Positions 30,646 to 41,600 of a stretch of 64,000 nucleotides of DNA are shown one piece after another. The translations under genes were made by a program, and so were the position numbers. Each line of letters begins with the position of its first letter. The first letter of the stretch is position 1. This DNA is from Chitinophagales bacterium (GTDB lineage: Bacteria; Bacteroidota; Bacteroidia; Chitinophagales; Saprospiraceae). Where the stretch lies: positions 61,351 through 125,350 of the forward strand of contig JBBRQS010000003.1 of assembly GCA_038226035.1 (NCBI GenBank). The letters run 5' to 3'. Under the pieces are notes generated by a model, which saw only the letters and a list, made by a program, of their open reading frames with translations, made no database searches and had not been told where the DNA came from.

Positions 30646-30748
30646 GGATTTGCGATTTTGGGTTTTCGATTTAAAAAAATATTTTTTTTGAAATTCTAAT
30701 ATCCCGTTCCAAAAAAAATCCAAAATCTAAAATCCAAAATCGTAAATT
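30646..30748. repeat. inverted heptamer-type arrays between the two tRNA genes
   Basis: ggatttgcgattttgggttttcgattt ... aaatccaaaatctaaaatccaaaatcgtaaatt. Same family as 18262 and 19580. Confidence 0.7.
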
Positions 30749-30751
30749 ATG

Positions 30752-30823
30752 TGGTCTCTATAGGAATCGAACCTATATCTTGGGTTTCGGAAACCCACGC
30801 TCTATCCGTTGAACTAAGAGACC
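30752..30823 (-). tRNA. tRNA-Arg (anticodon CCG)
   Basis: Reverse complement GGTCTCTTAGTTCAACGGATAGAGCGTGGGTTTCCGAAACCCAAGATATAGGTTCGATTCCTATAGAGACCA. Cloverleaf with anticodon loop TTCCGAA. Confidence 0.85.
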
Positions 30824-30986
30824 TGTTTTTATTTCCGGTGCAAAAGTATAATTTTTTCTGAGGCTAAACAAATATAAATGCAATAAGAAATCTTTTTGTA
30901 TTTGAATAATTGTTTAAATTTGTGAAAATTTCGAGTACTGGATAATTCGGTTTTATCTTTTTGCTCACTTGAATAAAAATTTATAA

Positions 30987-32783
30987 ATGCTCACCAAAGA
31001 TTTCTATAATATAATTGATAAAGAACTTGAACAAATCATCGTAGAAAATAAAAACGATGAATTTATTAAGAAATATCACAAGTCAGTTGATAATCAGAAA
31101 TCGTATGCGTTGTTGATTTGGTTTTTGCAATTTTACAGAAAAGCAAACGGTTATTTTAATTCTATAACGGACGGTAATAATGATAAATCTTGCGATATAG
31201 TTTTTGAGCGGCAAAACAATAAAGGCGAAAAAATATTTTATATTGTTCAATCAAAATGGAACAATGCTGCTAATGCCGAAAAAGAAACGAGCAGAGACGA
31301 AATATTGAAAGCATTAATCGAATTTAATACAATACTAAGAAGTGAAAAACTCAATGTCAATGAAAAATTAACAGAGCGTTTAAAGGAATTAGATGTTCAC
31401 TTAAAAGCAAATGGTGAAGTGAAATTTATTTTTCTTTCGTTAGCAAATTACAAAGGTGGTGCGGATGACGATGTAAAAGCATTCATTAAGAGCCACCCTA
31501 AAACCCAATTTGAAGTAGTTGACATCGAAAGATTGAAATCGGATTATATTGATAGAAATTACAAAGATATTTCGCCGATTAATCCTTTAGAAAAACAAGA
31601 AAATGCTGAAACATCACCCATATCACTACTCATTGAACGCTTGAATAAAAATGGTGGCAATATCATTAAAATTGAAAAACCATTTGACGCTTATATTTTT
31701 CTCTTGCGTCCGAAAATGATTCACGAACTTTTTGAAAAATTTAATTTTGGTTTGTTTTTCAAAAACGTCAGAAACCCTTTATTGGAATCACAGTTCAATG
31801 AGCAAATTGAAAAAACGGCGATAGACAATCCTGCTTTCTTTTGGTATTATAACAATGGTATCACTGGCATCACAAGATTTATGCCTGATGAAATTAGAAA
31901 TGAAGCGGTTAGTATTCCATTAACCGGTCTGCAAATTATTAACGGTGCGCAAACTGTTTACGCCATTTATCGCGCTTACGAAAATGCAAGTGAGGTTAAA
32001 CGTTTAGAACTTGATACACAAATGCTTGTTTCGTTAAGATTATTTCAATCCGGCGGAACGGATTTTGATCTTAACGTAACCCGTTTCACCAATTCACAAA
32101 ATCCCGTTACCGACAGAGATTTCCACGCGAACGACGAAGTTCAGATTCGTTTGCAGGAAGAATCTTTTAATACTAAGGTGTGGTATGAGAAAAGGAGAGA
32201 TGAGTTTAGAGTTTTGCCTGGTGAAGTTGAGGTTGTGTCGAATGAAATCTTTGCGATGCAGTATTTAGCCTATCAGTTACAAGATCCACTATCTGTTTAT
32301 AAAAATAATTCTCGAAATAATATTAATTTCATCTCAATCAAAGAAAATGAACGAGGACTATATGAAAAGATATTCAATGAGAAAACTATTTTTGTAGATA
32401 TGCTTTGTGCCCATTATGTCTACAAGATGGCTTTACAGGCTAAAATAGAATTAGCTTACGGATATTTTTATCTGGGGCTAATAAAATTAGTTTTAACTAA
32501 ATATTTTATTTTAAAGCATAAAGACCAAAAAAATATTGATAAAATTAATGTGAACATTAAATTAATTGATCTTTGGGATAAAAAGGATACTAATTTAATT
32601 TTTAAAACTTTCCATTTTATAGCTCATTTATTTGATCAAGAAAAAATGGAATACAAAAATCAAAATCATATAAGTGGAGCTATTACTGATTTAAGGGATT
32701 TAGAAATTGTCTTTTCTATTCTAAAGAAAAAAATAGAATCTTCAAATATTCCAATTGAACAAATCGAAAGCATCCAACTCTAA
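30987..32783 (+). CDS. AIPR (abortive infection phage resistance) family protein
   Basis: N-terminal ITDGNNDKSCDIVF and central FKNVRNPLLESQFNEQI...FWYYNNGITGIT...LQIINGAQT are the AIPR signatures. Visibly more AT-rich than its neighbours. Confidence 0.8.
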   Translation: MLTKDFYNIIDKELEQIIVENKNDEFIKKYHKSVDNQKSYALLIWFLQFYRKANGYFNSITDGNNDKSCDIVFERQNNKGEKIFYIVQSKWNNAANAEKETSRDEILKALIEFNTILRSEKLNVNEKLTERLKELDVHLKANGEVKFIFLSLANYKGGADDDVKAFIKSHPKTQFEVVDIERLKSDYIDRNYKDISPINPLEKQENAETSPISLLIERLNKNGGNIIKIEKPFDAYIFLLRPKMIHELFEKFNFGLFFKNVRNPLLESQFNEQIEKTAIDNPAFFWYYNNGITGITRFMPDEIRNEAVSIPLTGLQIINGAQTVYAIYRAYENASEVKRLELDTQMLVSLRLFQSGGTDFDLNVTRFTNSQNPVTDRDFHANDEVQIRLQEESFNTKVWYEKRRDEFRVLPGEVEVVSNEIFAMQYLAYQLQDPLSVYKNNSRNNINFISIKENERGLYEKIFNEKTIFVDMLCAHYVYKMALQAKIELAYGYFYLGLIKLVLTKYFILKHKDQKNIDKINVNIKLIDLWDKKDTNLIFKTFHFIAHLFDQEKMEYKNQNHISGAITDLRDLEIVFSILKKKIESSNIPIEQIESIQL

Positions 32784-32829
32784 AACAAAAGCGGCTTAAC
32801 TCAATTTCGAGTTAAGCCGCTTTTGTTTT
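32782..32829. terminator. bidirectional rho-independent terminator
   Basis: aaaacaaaagcggcttaactc aatttc gagttaagccgcttttgtttt between convergent genes. Confidence 0.8.
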
Positions 32830-35127
32830 TCAAACTTCACCAATACCTTCTAATACGCCCGAATACAATTTTACTTTTTTATCGCGTATCCACCAACGCA
32901 ATAATATCGGATTAATGAACAAATCGCTCATTAAAGCGGTAACGAGGGTGACGGCGATAATTTTGCCGATAGTAACGGAGGGTGGATGAATGGAAAAAAT
33001 CATAACCAAAAATCCGAAAAATAAAATAATAGTTGTGATGCACACCGGTTTACCGGTTTCTATGAGTGTAGTGTGCAAAGCTTCATCAACGGTTTCGCCT
33101 TTGCCGCGATTGATGTTGAACGTACTTAAAAAATGTATCGTATCATCAATCGCAATGCCGAACACGACGGTAAATATCATGGAAATGCCGGCATCAAGCG
33201 GAACGCCCATGTAACCGACCAAGGCACCCGCAAATATCAACGGGAATAAATTAGGAATCAGGAAAATAAAAATCATGCGCACGTTGCGGAGCATAAACGC
33301 CATAAGCAGCGCAATGAGACCGACTTCCCAAAAAATACCTTCCACTAAATCGGAACGCACGTACATGGCGTTTTTGTCTATGATATAACCGGTACCGGTA
33401 CGGCGGAACGTAGCAATATTTTTATCGGTGTTAGCGGCTATCCAAGCATCAATTTTATCGCCGACTGCCATCACTGAATCGGCTCCCAAATCGAGAATGC
33501 GCGTGGCAATGCGCGCTTTGGTTCCGTCTTTTGATTGTAGAATATTAGCAGTCGCTTTCGGCAATTTTTCAGCCATGCGTTTGAATTCGTTGAATTGCAG
33601 CGAATCGTCGGGCAATTTGTACGCTTCGGCGCGATTGCTGTTGTTCATTAGGTTCAAACTTTTATAGATAATCGTCGGCGAAGTCACCGAGCGAATAGCG
33701 GGTTGTGCCGACAAATAATTTTCTACTTTTTCTACTTGTTTCAAGACTTCTAAATTATCGATATGCCGACCATTTTCAGCAAACACGGCGTATTCGAGCG
33801 GACGAAAGCCGGCAAAAACTTTTTCAAAAAAGCTGAAGTCTTCCGTAATTTTTTGTCCGCGCGGCATATTACCCATAATATTATAGTTGGTCGTGATGCG
33901 GGTAGTGCCGTAAATGCAAATCCCTAAAATCGCAATAGCTACTACGGCAATTGTGCGTGCGCGCGTTTTTGTGAATTGATACACCCATTCCATAAATTTT
34001 TCGATATACGCTGCACCGCTTGACGCTTGTTGCAGTTGTTCGGCGGAAAAATACGGCAACACTGCGGTTGTAAAAAGCAATACGGTTACGTAGGCTACCA
34101 TAACACCGACGGCAGCATTAATACCGAAATCCTGAATCGGCGTGATGCGACTGGTGACCAATGTAGCAAAGCCGACCGCAGTTGTAACGGCGGTCATTAA
34201 AGTTGCCAAGCCGATTTCTTTTACCGTGCGCGCAATCGCTTCATCTTTTGTATGCCCGAACCGGAGTTCATCAATGTACTTGGAAAGCATGTGGATAAAA
34301 TCGGAAGTGCCGATAATTACCATTAACACCGGATACAAAGCTGCCATCGCGCTTAATTCACGTCCCCACAAACCAAGAATACCAAAGAAAAACAGCATCG
34401 AAAAACCGATTGACAGCAAGGCTAAAACCATGGTGCGCCACCGGCGGAACAAAACAATGATGATCAAGGCGACCAAAACGGCAGCAACGGCTGTTGATAC
34501 CGCGACTTCGCGTTTTTCCATCCAGACTAATTCTTTCTGGAAATTAGCGCGACCGAGATAATGATATTCCGAAAAATTAAAAGTACGCATCAACGAATCC
34601 AAGCCTTGCATCATCACTTCCGATTCGGGTAACGATAAACGATCTTTGGTTTTCAGGAAAAGTACGGTAGAGGAAGCATCTTCGGAAATAAAATTTTTCA
34701 CGAAGCGCGGATCGTGTGTAATGCGTTGTTTGTCTTCTTCGTACCGCGACGTATCTTCGATATGCAGAACGGGAATGGCGGAAACACCTAAAAAAGTTTT
34801 TACGGGCAATTGAATTTTCGTCAGCGATTGGTCGTCGTGCACATACGGTAATGCAACGGCGGCTTCGGTGAGTGAATCGAATTTTCTTAAAAAATTTTGC
34901 TCGAAAATATTGCCTTTATTACCTACACCAACCAAAAGAAAATTATCATCGGTTTCAAAATTTTTTATAAAAGATTGAAAAAACTGCAAATCCGGATCTC
35001 CCTGCGGAAAATATTGCTCAAAATCAAAAGAAAAATGAAGCGTTGAAATAAAATAAATCGAAGCAAAAAAAGCTGCCGCGAAAAAAACGATAATTTGTTT
35101 GCGCCAACGGATAAAATGATCAACCAT
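32830..35127 (-). CDS. MMPL/RND-superfamily membrane transporter
   Basis: Two blocks of 5-6 TM helices, each preceded by a large loop. About 765 aa. SSD-like segments (GIAIDDTIHF). Confidence 0.75.
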   Translation of the reverse strand: MVDHFIRWRKQIIVFFAAAFFASIYFISTLHFSFDFEQYFPQGDPDLQFFQSFIKNFETDDNFLLVGVGNKGNIFEQNFLRKFDSLTEAAVALPYVHDDQSLTKIQLPVKTFLGVSAIPVLHIEDTSRYEEDKQRITHDPRFVKNFISEDASSTVLFLKTKDRLSLPESEVMMQGLDSLMRTFNFSEYHYLGRANFQKELVWMEKREVAVSTAVAAVLVALIIIVLFRRWRTMVLALLSIGFSMLFFFGILGLWGRELSAMAALYPVLMVIIGTSDFIHMLSKYIDELRFGHTKDEAIARTVKEIGLATLMTAVTTAVGFATLVTSRITPIQDFGINAAVGVMVAYVTVLLFTTAVLPYFSAEQLQQASSGAAYIEKFMEWVYQFTKTRARTIAVVAIAILGICIYGTTRITTNYNIMGNMPRGQKITEDFSFFEKVFAGFRPLEYAVFAENGRHIDNLEVLKQVEKVENYLSAQPAIRSVTSPTIIYKSLNLMNNSNRAEAYKLPDDSLQFNEFKRMAEKLPKATANILQSKDGTKARIATRILDLGADSVMAVGDKIDAWIAANTDKNIATFRRTGTGYIIDKNAMYVRSDLVEGIFWEVGLIALLMAFMLRNVRMIFIFLIPNLFPLIFAGALVGYMGVPLDAGISMIFTVVFGIAIDDTIHFLSTFNINRGKGETVDEALHTTLIETGKPVCITTIILFFGFLVMIFSIHPPSVTIGKIIAVTLVTALMSDLFINPILLRWWIRDKKVKLYSGVLEGIGEV

Positions 35128-35242
35128 AATATTTTTGTCCTATGATTTGGAAAATACACTGCTTAAATGATTTCTAAGAGAAAAAAGTTCACTGATTGCT
35201 AAAAACAAAGTAGTTTAGCGACTTGTTTCAAAACGATTTATC

Positions 35243-36223
35243 ATGCTGGCATTATTCAGGACAAATCAACTTTTCGGGAATATTTTATTGTTGCTCTACT
35301 TGTGTATAGTTCGGTTGAGTATTTTCATACATTCAGGTACTTTATCTGTCGGCAGTCACGGTTTACTATCGGGGTGGTTGTACAATGAATTGCCGCCGCA
35401 AAGCAAAGCCGCACAATTTACTGCCTTATTTTTAGTTTTTTTTCAAGCCGCTTTCATCAATATTATCGTCATAAAATTTCGTCTCGCGCGCGAAGCCACG
35501 CTCTTACCGGGATTATTCTATTGCTTGTTGTCGAGTATTATACCGGATTTTATGACGCTCTCGACGGTACTTTTGAGCAATACTTTTTTGATACTCTCTG
35601 TATATTATATGCTTGATGTATATAAAGGTAATTCTTCTGTAACGGGTACGGTGTTCGATATTGGTTTTTGGTTGGGTTTGGCAAGTTTGTTTAATTATTC
35701 CTTTATTCTACTGATTATCTGGGCGATAATCGGTTTATCCATTATGCTCGGAGCGCGTTTTCGAGATATTCTGATTTTACTTTTGGGTTTTATTTTACCG
35801 TTTTTTTTATTGGGCGTGTATTTGTTTTGGTATGATAAACTGCCGCTTTTTTTTACGAATTTTTACTCGAATTTCGGTTGGACAAGTTTTACGCCCCAGA
35901 CGAGCAACACCACTTATATTAAATTGGCGGTGATGGGTGTACTCATTTTGACGAGTGTATTCTTGAGTGGGATTTTATTTGCACAAAAAACACTGTCCGT
36001 ACAAAAGTTTTTTACCATCTTGTACGTATTGATGCTGATTAGCGGCTTAACGATATTAGTAGTACCACATCTGGGTTTGGATCATTTATTGGTAGTGGTA
36101 TTGCCGCTCAGTATTTTCATAGCTTTTTTGTTCCAACGTTTGTCGTCCGGAATTGCAGAGGCTTTGCATTTTGCATTAGTTGCCGTTACACTCGTTTTGC
36201 AGTTTGAATATTTGTTAGTTTAA
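35243..36223 (+). CDS. polytopic integral membrane protein, unknown function
   Basis: About 9 hydrophobic helices and no soluble domain. Confidence 0.6.
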   Translation: MLALFRTNQLFGNILLLLYLCIVRLSIFIHSGTLSVGSHGLLSGWLYNELPPQSKAAQFTALFLVFFQAAFINIIVIKFRLAREATLLPGLFYCLLSSIIPDFMTLSTVLLSNTFLILSVYYMLDVYKGNSSVTGTVFDIGFWLGLASLFNYSFILLIIWAIIGLSIMLGARFRDILILLLGFILPFFLLGVYLFWYDKLPLFFTNFYSNFGWTSFTPQTSNTTYIKLAVMGVLILTSVFLSGILFAQKTLSVQKFFTILYVLMLISGLTILVVPHLGLDHLLVVVLPLSIFIAFLFQRLSSGIAEALHFALVAVTLVLQFEYLLV

Positions 36224-36304
36224 AAGACGTTGGACGTTGGATAAGTTTAATTTTTCCAATCTCCACCGTCAAAAATTAAATTCCACCGTCAAAAAATTCA
36301 AAAA

Positions 36305-36805
36305 CTAATTTTCCGGCTTGCGCACCACCATACCCGTTAAAGTCAAAATAGTTTCCGATGGAATGGTGTTGGCTACGACGGTAATGTATTTTATTTGCTT
36401 ATCGTATTTGCCTTCCGTATTAAAATTAATAGAGAGCTCATTTTTTTCGTTCGGTTGAATCGGTGCTTTGTTCCAGGTCGGTACCGTGCAACCGCAAGTG
36501 GTGCGAATATCGGAAATCAGAAGCGGTGCTTTTCCGGTATTTTTATATTTATAAACGTGTTTTACTTGATCACCTTTTTTTACGGTGCCGAAATCGTAAA
36601 CAGTTTCTTCAAATTCTATTTTTGCAGCAGCAGCAGAATCAATAGCTTCGCCGGAAACGGGCATACGGATAATATCCGCGTTGCGGGTTTTATCGTCCAA
36701 ACGAATTTCTTGTAAACCATTATCTTTTTTTTCGGTACTATTTGCACACGAAACAACCAACGCTGTTGTAAGTATAAGAAAGATATATAAATTTCTGTTA
36801 GCCAT
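36305..36805 (-). CDS. DUF1573 domain lipoprotein
   Basis: MANRNLYIFLILTTALVVSC lipobox. YDFGTVKKGDQVKHVYKYKNTGKAPLLISDIRTTCGCTVP. Confidence 0.7.
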   Translation of the reverse strand: MANRNLYIFLILTTALVVSCANSTEKKDNGLQEIRLDDKTRNADIIRMPVSGEAIDSAAAAKIEFEETVYDFGTVKKGDQVKHVYKYKNTGKAPLLISDIRTTCGCTVPTWNKAPIQPNEKNELSINFNTEGKYDKQIKYITVVANTIPSETILTLTGMVVRKPEN

Positions 36806-36871
36806 TATTTTTATTTTTACCTGCATTTCCCAAAACCATTTCCCAAAACATTCAGCACTAGGCTTTAAAAC

Positions 36872-38515
36872 TTAAAACCGCGCCGTTATGCCGCCCAAAA
36901 TATTCATTCCGTAATTCGGATAATACTGCCAACGTTCGCGTTTAATGTTGAGTAAATTGTTGATGTCCAAGAAAGCGCCGATATTTTTTAAAAACCAATA
37001 TTCACCGCCGATATTAATGTCGAACAAGCCGTCTAATCGTTGTGCAATGCCTTTATTATCGCGCACATTTACACCATTTTGCACAAACAATGCTGCTTTC
37101 AGAATCGCTTTTTGGTCGCCTACTTCATAAGCGGTGTATTTTCCGGACAAATTCACATCCAAAGACGGTAAACCCCATGCGGCTTTTTCGCGTGTAAGCG
37201 TGTAAACATTTTGGCTGAGTGTACCGATGATTTCCAATTTTTCTATCGGACGATACGACGCCGAACCGCGAATATTAAAAATATTCACTGTGTCGTACAA
37301 CACATTAAATCGGCGGAAATGATCCGTTGAATCGGATAAATACAACGCCAAATTATTATTATTACTGTAACCGACCTGCGCCGAATAATTTAAATTCGCT
37401 ATTTCGCCTTTTATGCCGCCGTAGTATTCGGTGCGTTCCGTATTTTTTAGCTTGGTTTGAGAAAAAATATACGGATTATAATTCGTGAGTTGGCGGAAAG
37501 TATTTTTGGTTAAATCGCCTTTCCAACCCGCAAAAACGGAGAGTTGTTGTCCGGCAATTTTATAAGACGCTTCAATATCCGGTTTCGGATAAAATACGTC
37601 ATTCGATGAAATTAAATTTGCACCCACACGTACACTCAACTCGTCGGTTTTATAAGTAAAACTCGGTTGAAAATAAATATTATTCAAACTCTGCGTTTTA
37701 CCGCCCGTCGAATCGAAAGAAGTAAACTCGGTTCGCAATACCGCCGTTAACGGGAATTTTTCGGAAAACCATTTTGTTCCTTCCAAACGCACATTGAAGT
37801 CTGTTTCTTGTGCACCGAAATTATCATTCAGTTTATAAAAATTAGCACCTACGCCGTAATTAATATCCGCCACCGTGCGCGCCGAATTATACGCTTTGGT
37901 GCCGGCGTAAAAAGTATTGAAATTTTGTTTCGATGATTCTTTTGTTTCAACCGGATATTTTAAATGATCGTAGCCGTAATAATTACGAACATCGGTGTTA
38001 TAACCTAATGTACCGTCAACAGCTAAACCCAAATCTTTGGCGAAAAAAGTACCGTTGCCTTCTAAATTCAAGTTAGAAAAACTTTGATTCGCAATCGTGG
38101 CATTGTCCATTGCAAAATATTTGACTTTGCCGCCCAAAATAAAATTTCCGGGATCATTGTAACGGTAATTCAACTCTCCGTAAGGCGAATTGGGAAAACC
38201 GTAACCGATTTTGGCGTAACCGTTGTAACCCGGCTCCGTTTTTTTTATGGCAATAGCAATCGGACGCATCTTCGGAGGTTGATATTGCACGGCAATAACT
38301 TTATCCGGCACTGAATACGTTTGTGCTTTTGTAGTCGTATCAATGAGCGGTAAAATCGGATTCATTTTTATTTTTTCCGATTCAATCAAACGCGCATCAA
38401 AATTTTTAATGACATCTTGAGATTGATCATTAATACCGCCAGCCGGTTTTTGTGCGAAGACCGTATTAACTCCAACTAAGACTACAAAAACTGTAAGATA
38501 ATATAAGCGGGTCAT
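36872..38515 (-). CDS. putative outer membrane beta-barrel protein
   Basis: Signal peptide, Y/G/N-rich strands, C-terminal ...GGITARF. Confidence 0.6.
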   Translation of the reverse strand: MTRLYYLTVFVVLVGVNTVFAQKPAGGINDQSQDVIKNFDARLIESEKIKMNPILPLIDTTTKAQTYSVPDKVIAVQYQPPKMRPIAIAIKKTEPGYNGYAKIGYGFPNSPYGELNYRYNDPGNFILGGKVKYFAMDNATIANQSFSNLNLEGNGTFFAKDLGLAVDGTLGYNTDVRNYYGYDHLKYPVETKESSKQNFNTFYAGTKAYNSARTVADINYGVGANFYKLNDNFGAQETDFNVRLEGTKWFSEKFPLTAVLRTEFTSFDSTGGKTQSLNNIYFQPSFTYKTDELSVRVGANLISSNDVFYPKPDIEASYKIAGQQLSVFAGWKGDLTKNTFRQLTNYNPYIFSQTKLKNTERTEYYGGIKGEIANLNYSAQVGYSNNNNLALYLSDSTDHFRRFNVLYDTVNIFNIRGSASYRPIEKLEIIGTLSQNVYTLTREKAAWGLPSLDVNLSGKYTAYEVGDQKAILKAALFVQNGVNVRDNKGIAQRLDGLFDINIGGEYWFLKNIGAFLDINNLLNIKRERWQYYPNYGMNILGGITARF

Positions 38516-38559
38516 GTTTTGTAATTAATAATTAATAATTAAAAATGAAGTAACAATGG

Positions 38560-38617
38560 AATTAATTGCGAATTACGAAATACGGCACATGAAATTTGTA
38601 ATTCGTAATTCGCAATT
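38560..38617. repeat. inverted heptamer-type hairpin (GCGAATT/ACGAATT family)
   Basis: aattaattgcgaattacgaaat ... atttgtaattcgtaattcgcaatt, immediately after the stop of the TPR gene. Confidence 0.75.
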
Positions 38618-38620
38618 ACC

Positions 38621-41600
38621 CTAATTATTTCCGTCATTCTTTTCCATATCCAAAGAATTGGAGGTTGACGGTTTATCTTTCGTTAAACGGCTTTTTACTT
38701 TTTCTTTAGCTTCCAAATTCGCTAATTTTTGTTTAGCTTCGGCTACAATATCCGGAAAACCTTTTACCCCCGAAATAACGGATTCTAAAGCGGCGCGCGC
38801 GCTGAACAAATCATTTTTTTCGGCATAAATATCTGCCTGCAAAATAACGCATCTTGCCGTCCAATTGTCGTAAGGATTATTTTGTGAGGCTTTGTCCGCT
38901 TTGGCAAGCGCGGCATCCAAGTTACGTTTTTTGTACTCCAATGCCGCTTCCAAATAAAGTGCTTCGTAGTATTGTTCGTCTTTGTTGGTGCTTTTACTGA
39001 TAGCAATTTGCAAATCGCTTTGTGCTTCATCTAAACTGTTTTTATCGAAAGCGATTTTACCTAAATAAAAATTTGCAGTAGATATTTGTTCGCTCGTCGC
39101 CAAAGTATTGCCGGCAACTTTTGAGGCATAAACAGCTACTTGATCCGGTTTATTGAGTCGGTAAGCACTGCGCATGGCACCGAGTTCGGCTTCAAAACGT
39201 TTATCGTCGGTGGTAGCGGCTTTATCCAACTTACTGTACAAATCAAAAGATTTTACGAAATCTTGTTTAGAGTTGTAAGCAATAATAGCCCCTTTCTCTA
39301 AAGCTTTTTCATAAAATTTACTCGGACCGCGTTGTGAAGCAGCATCATAATCGTTTAAAGCATTGGAATAATCTTTTTGTGCCGCAAATGATTCCGCACG
39401 ATAATAATATGCCATTACCGTATTGGGCGAATTCGGGAAGCGACTCAAATAATTGGTAAAACCGGTAATCGCTTTCGGATAATTCGCTTGCTCGTATTGC
39501 GCTTCGGCAGAACGATAGGTAATACTGTCTTGCGTTACGTTATCAGCTTTGTAACCCGGAATAGTTTGAAGGAAAGCAAAGTATTCGTCGGGTCTGCCTA
39601 AATCGTTGACATAAATATCCTGTAACCTGTCCAATGCCGACTTCGCATCGGTGGAAGAAGGATTATTATAAAAAACTTGTTTGTAGTAAGAAGCCGCTTG
39701 GTCCGGATTGCCTTTATTCTGTGCTATAAGTCCGAGTTTTAAGAGCGCCTGTACGACCAAATCCGGTTTATTTTTGTAGTTGGTGATGAGTTGCGTCAGA
39801 CTTTGTTGCGCTTTATCGAGTTGATTGATGTTCAGATACGTCGAGCCTGTTTCTAAAAGTGCAAAAGGTGCGTATTCGGAAGTGGAATAATTGTTCGCCA
39901 GCTTTTCTAAGGTAATCAATTTTTCCACGTTATTGCCTTTCAAACCTTGAATAATACCTTTCTGGTACAGGGCATACACAAATCCGGAATATTTATTTTG
40001 AATGGATTCATCGTAATAACGCAAGGCTTCGTCGTACTGATTGGATTTAAAATAACTGTCTCCCAAACGCAAAGTGGCATCGCCCAATATTTGAGTTTTT
40101 ACGACATCGCTCGAAATATAATCATAGTTGGCGCGAATACCGGTTACCGTATTTTTGAAATAAGTGAGGGCGGTTTTGTAATCTTTTTCTTTCAAATAAT
40201 CGTAACCCAATAAATAATTGGCGGAATAGACCGAAGATTCGGAAGGAAGAGTCGTTGAACTTTTAGCGATATTATTGAATGCCATTAAATGCCGCGTACT
40301 TGTGGCGTAATCTTTTTGCTGATTGGCTATATCGCCAAGCCAATATTCTGCTTCGCCACGCGAATTAATATCCGGTGCATCTAAGAGCGAGCGTTCAAAA
40401 TAACTTTTCGCGCCGTTTAAGTCACCGGTTTTATACAATTCCATACCTTTAAACACATTTGCTTTTTGATAACTGACGCGCAATGCCGGTGATTTTTGAG
40501 TCGAGTTGTTCATCACCTTTATAGCTTCATCGAAATCGTGCGTTTGTAAAAGTGTTTCACCGAGCAAACCTTGCGCTTCGTTATAGTATTTGCTGTTGGT
40601 GTGTATCGCTTGCAGTGCATCTGATGCTTCTTGTGTCTGTTTAAGTTCGTAACACAGTTTGGCATAGTTCCAAGACGCTTCTTCTTTCGCGCCGGCATCA
40701 AAATTCATACGCGATGCGGAGGCGAAAGCTTGTTTAGCTTTATTGCGGTCGCCGAGATGCAAATAACAATCGCCGAGCAAATACATCGCGTTTTGTCCGA
40801 CTGCATTATCCGAACGATTGAGGTTTTCCAAATTCGCCGCGGCATCCGCGTAATGTTGGTTGCGGTGTTGTGCCAATCCGAGTTGATAAAAATCTTCCTC
40901 TCGCATAAAGTTGTTCCCATCAGCACCTGTTTTGAGGTAACTTTCTGCGTATTTATAATCTTTTTTCTCGAAATAAGCTTGACCGATGAGTTGATTGATT
41001 TGCGGGATATTTCGGGCTTTCGGATTTTCGATAGCGCGCAAACCATAATTTATCACACTGGAGTAATCTTTTTTGGCGGCGTAAATCTGTATTATATTAT
41101 ACGGCACAACGGCGGCATACTGTTTCGAGTTTTGAACGCGCTGAAAACTTTTGGCGGCTTCATCTAGATTATTATCGAAAAAAGCGCACATACCATAATA
41201 GTAATTCGCCTCGTTGTAATATTTTGAACCTGTTTTCTCTTTTACTTGCGAGAAAAGCGTTTTGGCTTGCGGCAATTTTTTTTGTGTGAAAAGCGAATAA
41301 CCGATTTTGAAATTCAATTCGTCGGCTACATCGCCTGACAAACTACCGGTCGGTACGCTCTGATAAAACTCTAAGGCTTTATCCGGTTTGTTCTGATTGA
41401 AATAAAAATCGCCCATCTCTAATGCGCCTTGCGCGGCGAGCGGATCGGGATAATAATTCCGGATATAATCGAGCATCAATTGTTCCCCGTTCGGTTGACC
41501 GGAACGGACTGCCGATTTCGCTAAATACAATTCGGCTTGCGCGCGCAACAAACGCGCTTCGGGTTCTGCTGCCGGACGAATTTTATTGATAGCGTAAGTA

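Noticed and set aside
30834-32830. tRNA-targeted integrative island carrying AIPR
   Set aside because: There is no integrase and no direct repeat of the tRNA 3' end. The gene abuts the 5' (promoter) side of tRNA-Arg(CCG), not the 3' end used by integrases. Kept only as a single-gene insertion hypothesis.
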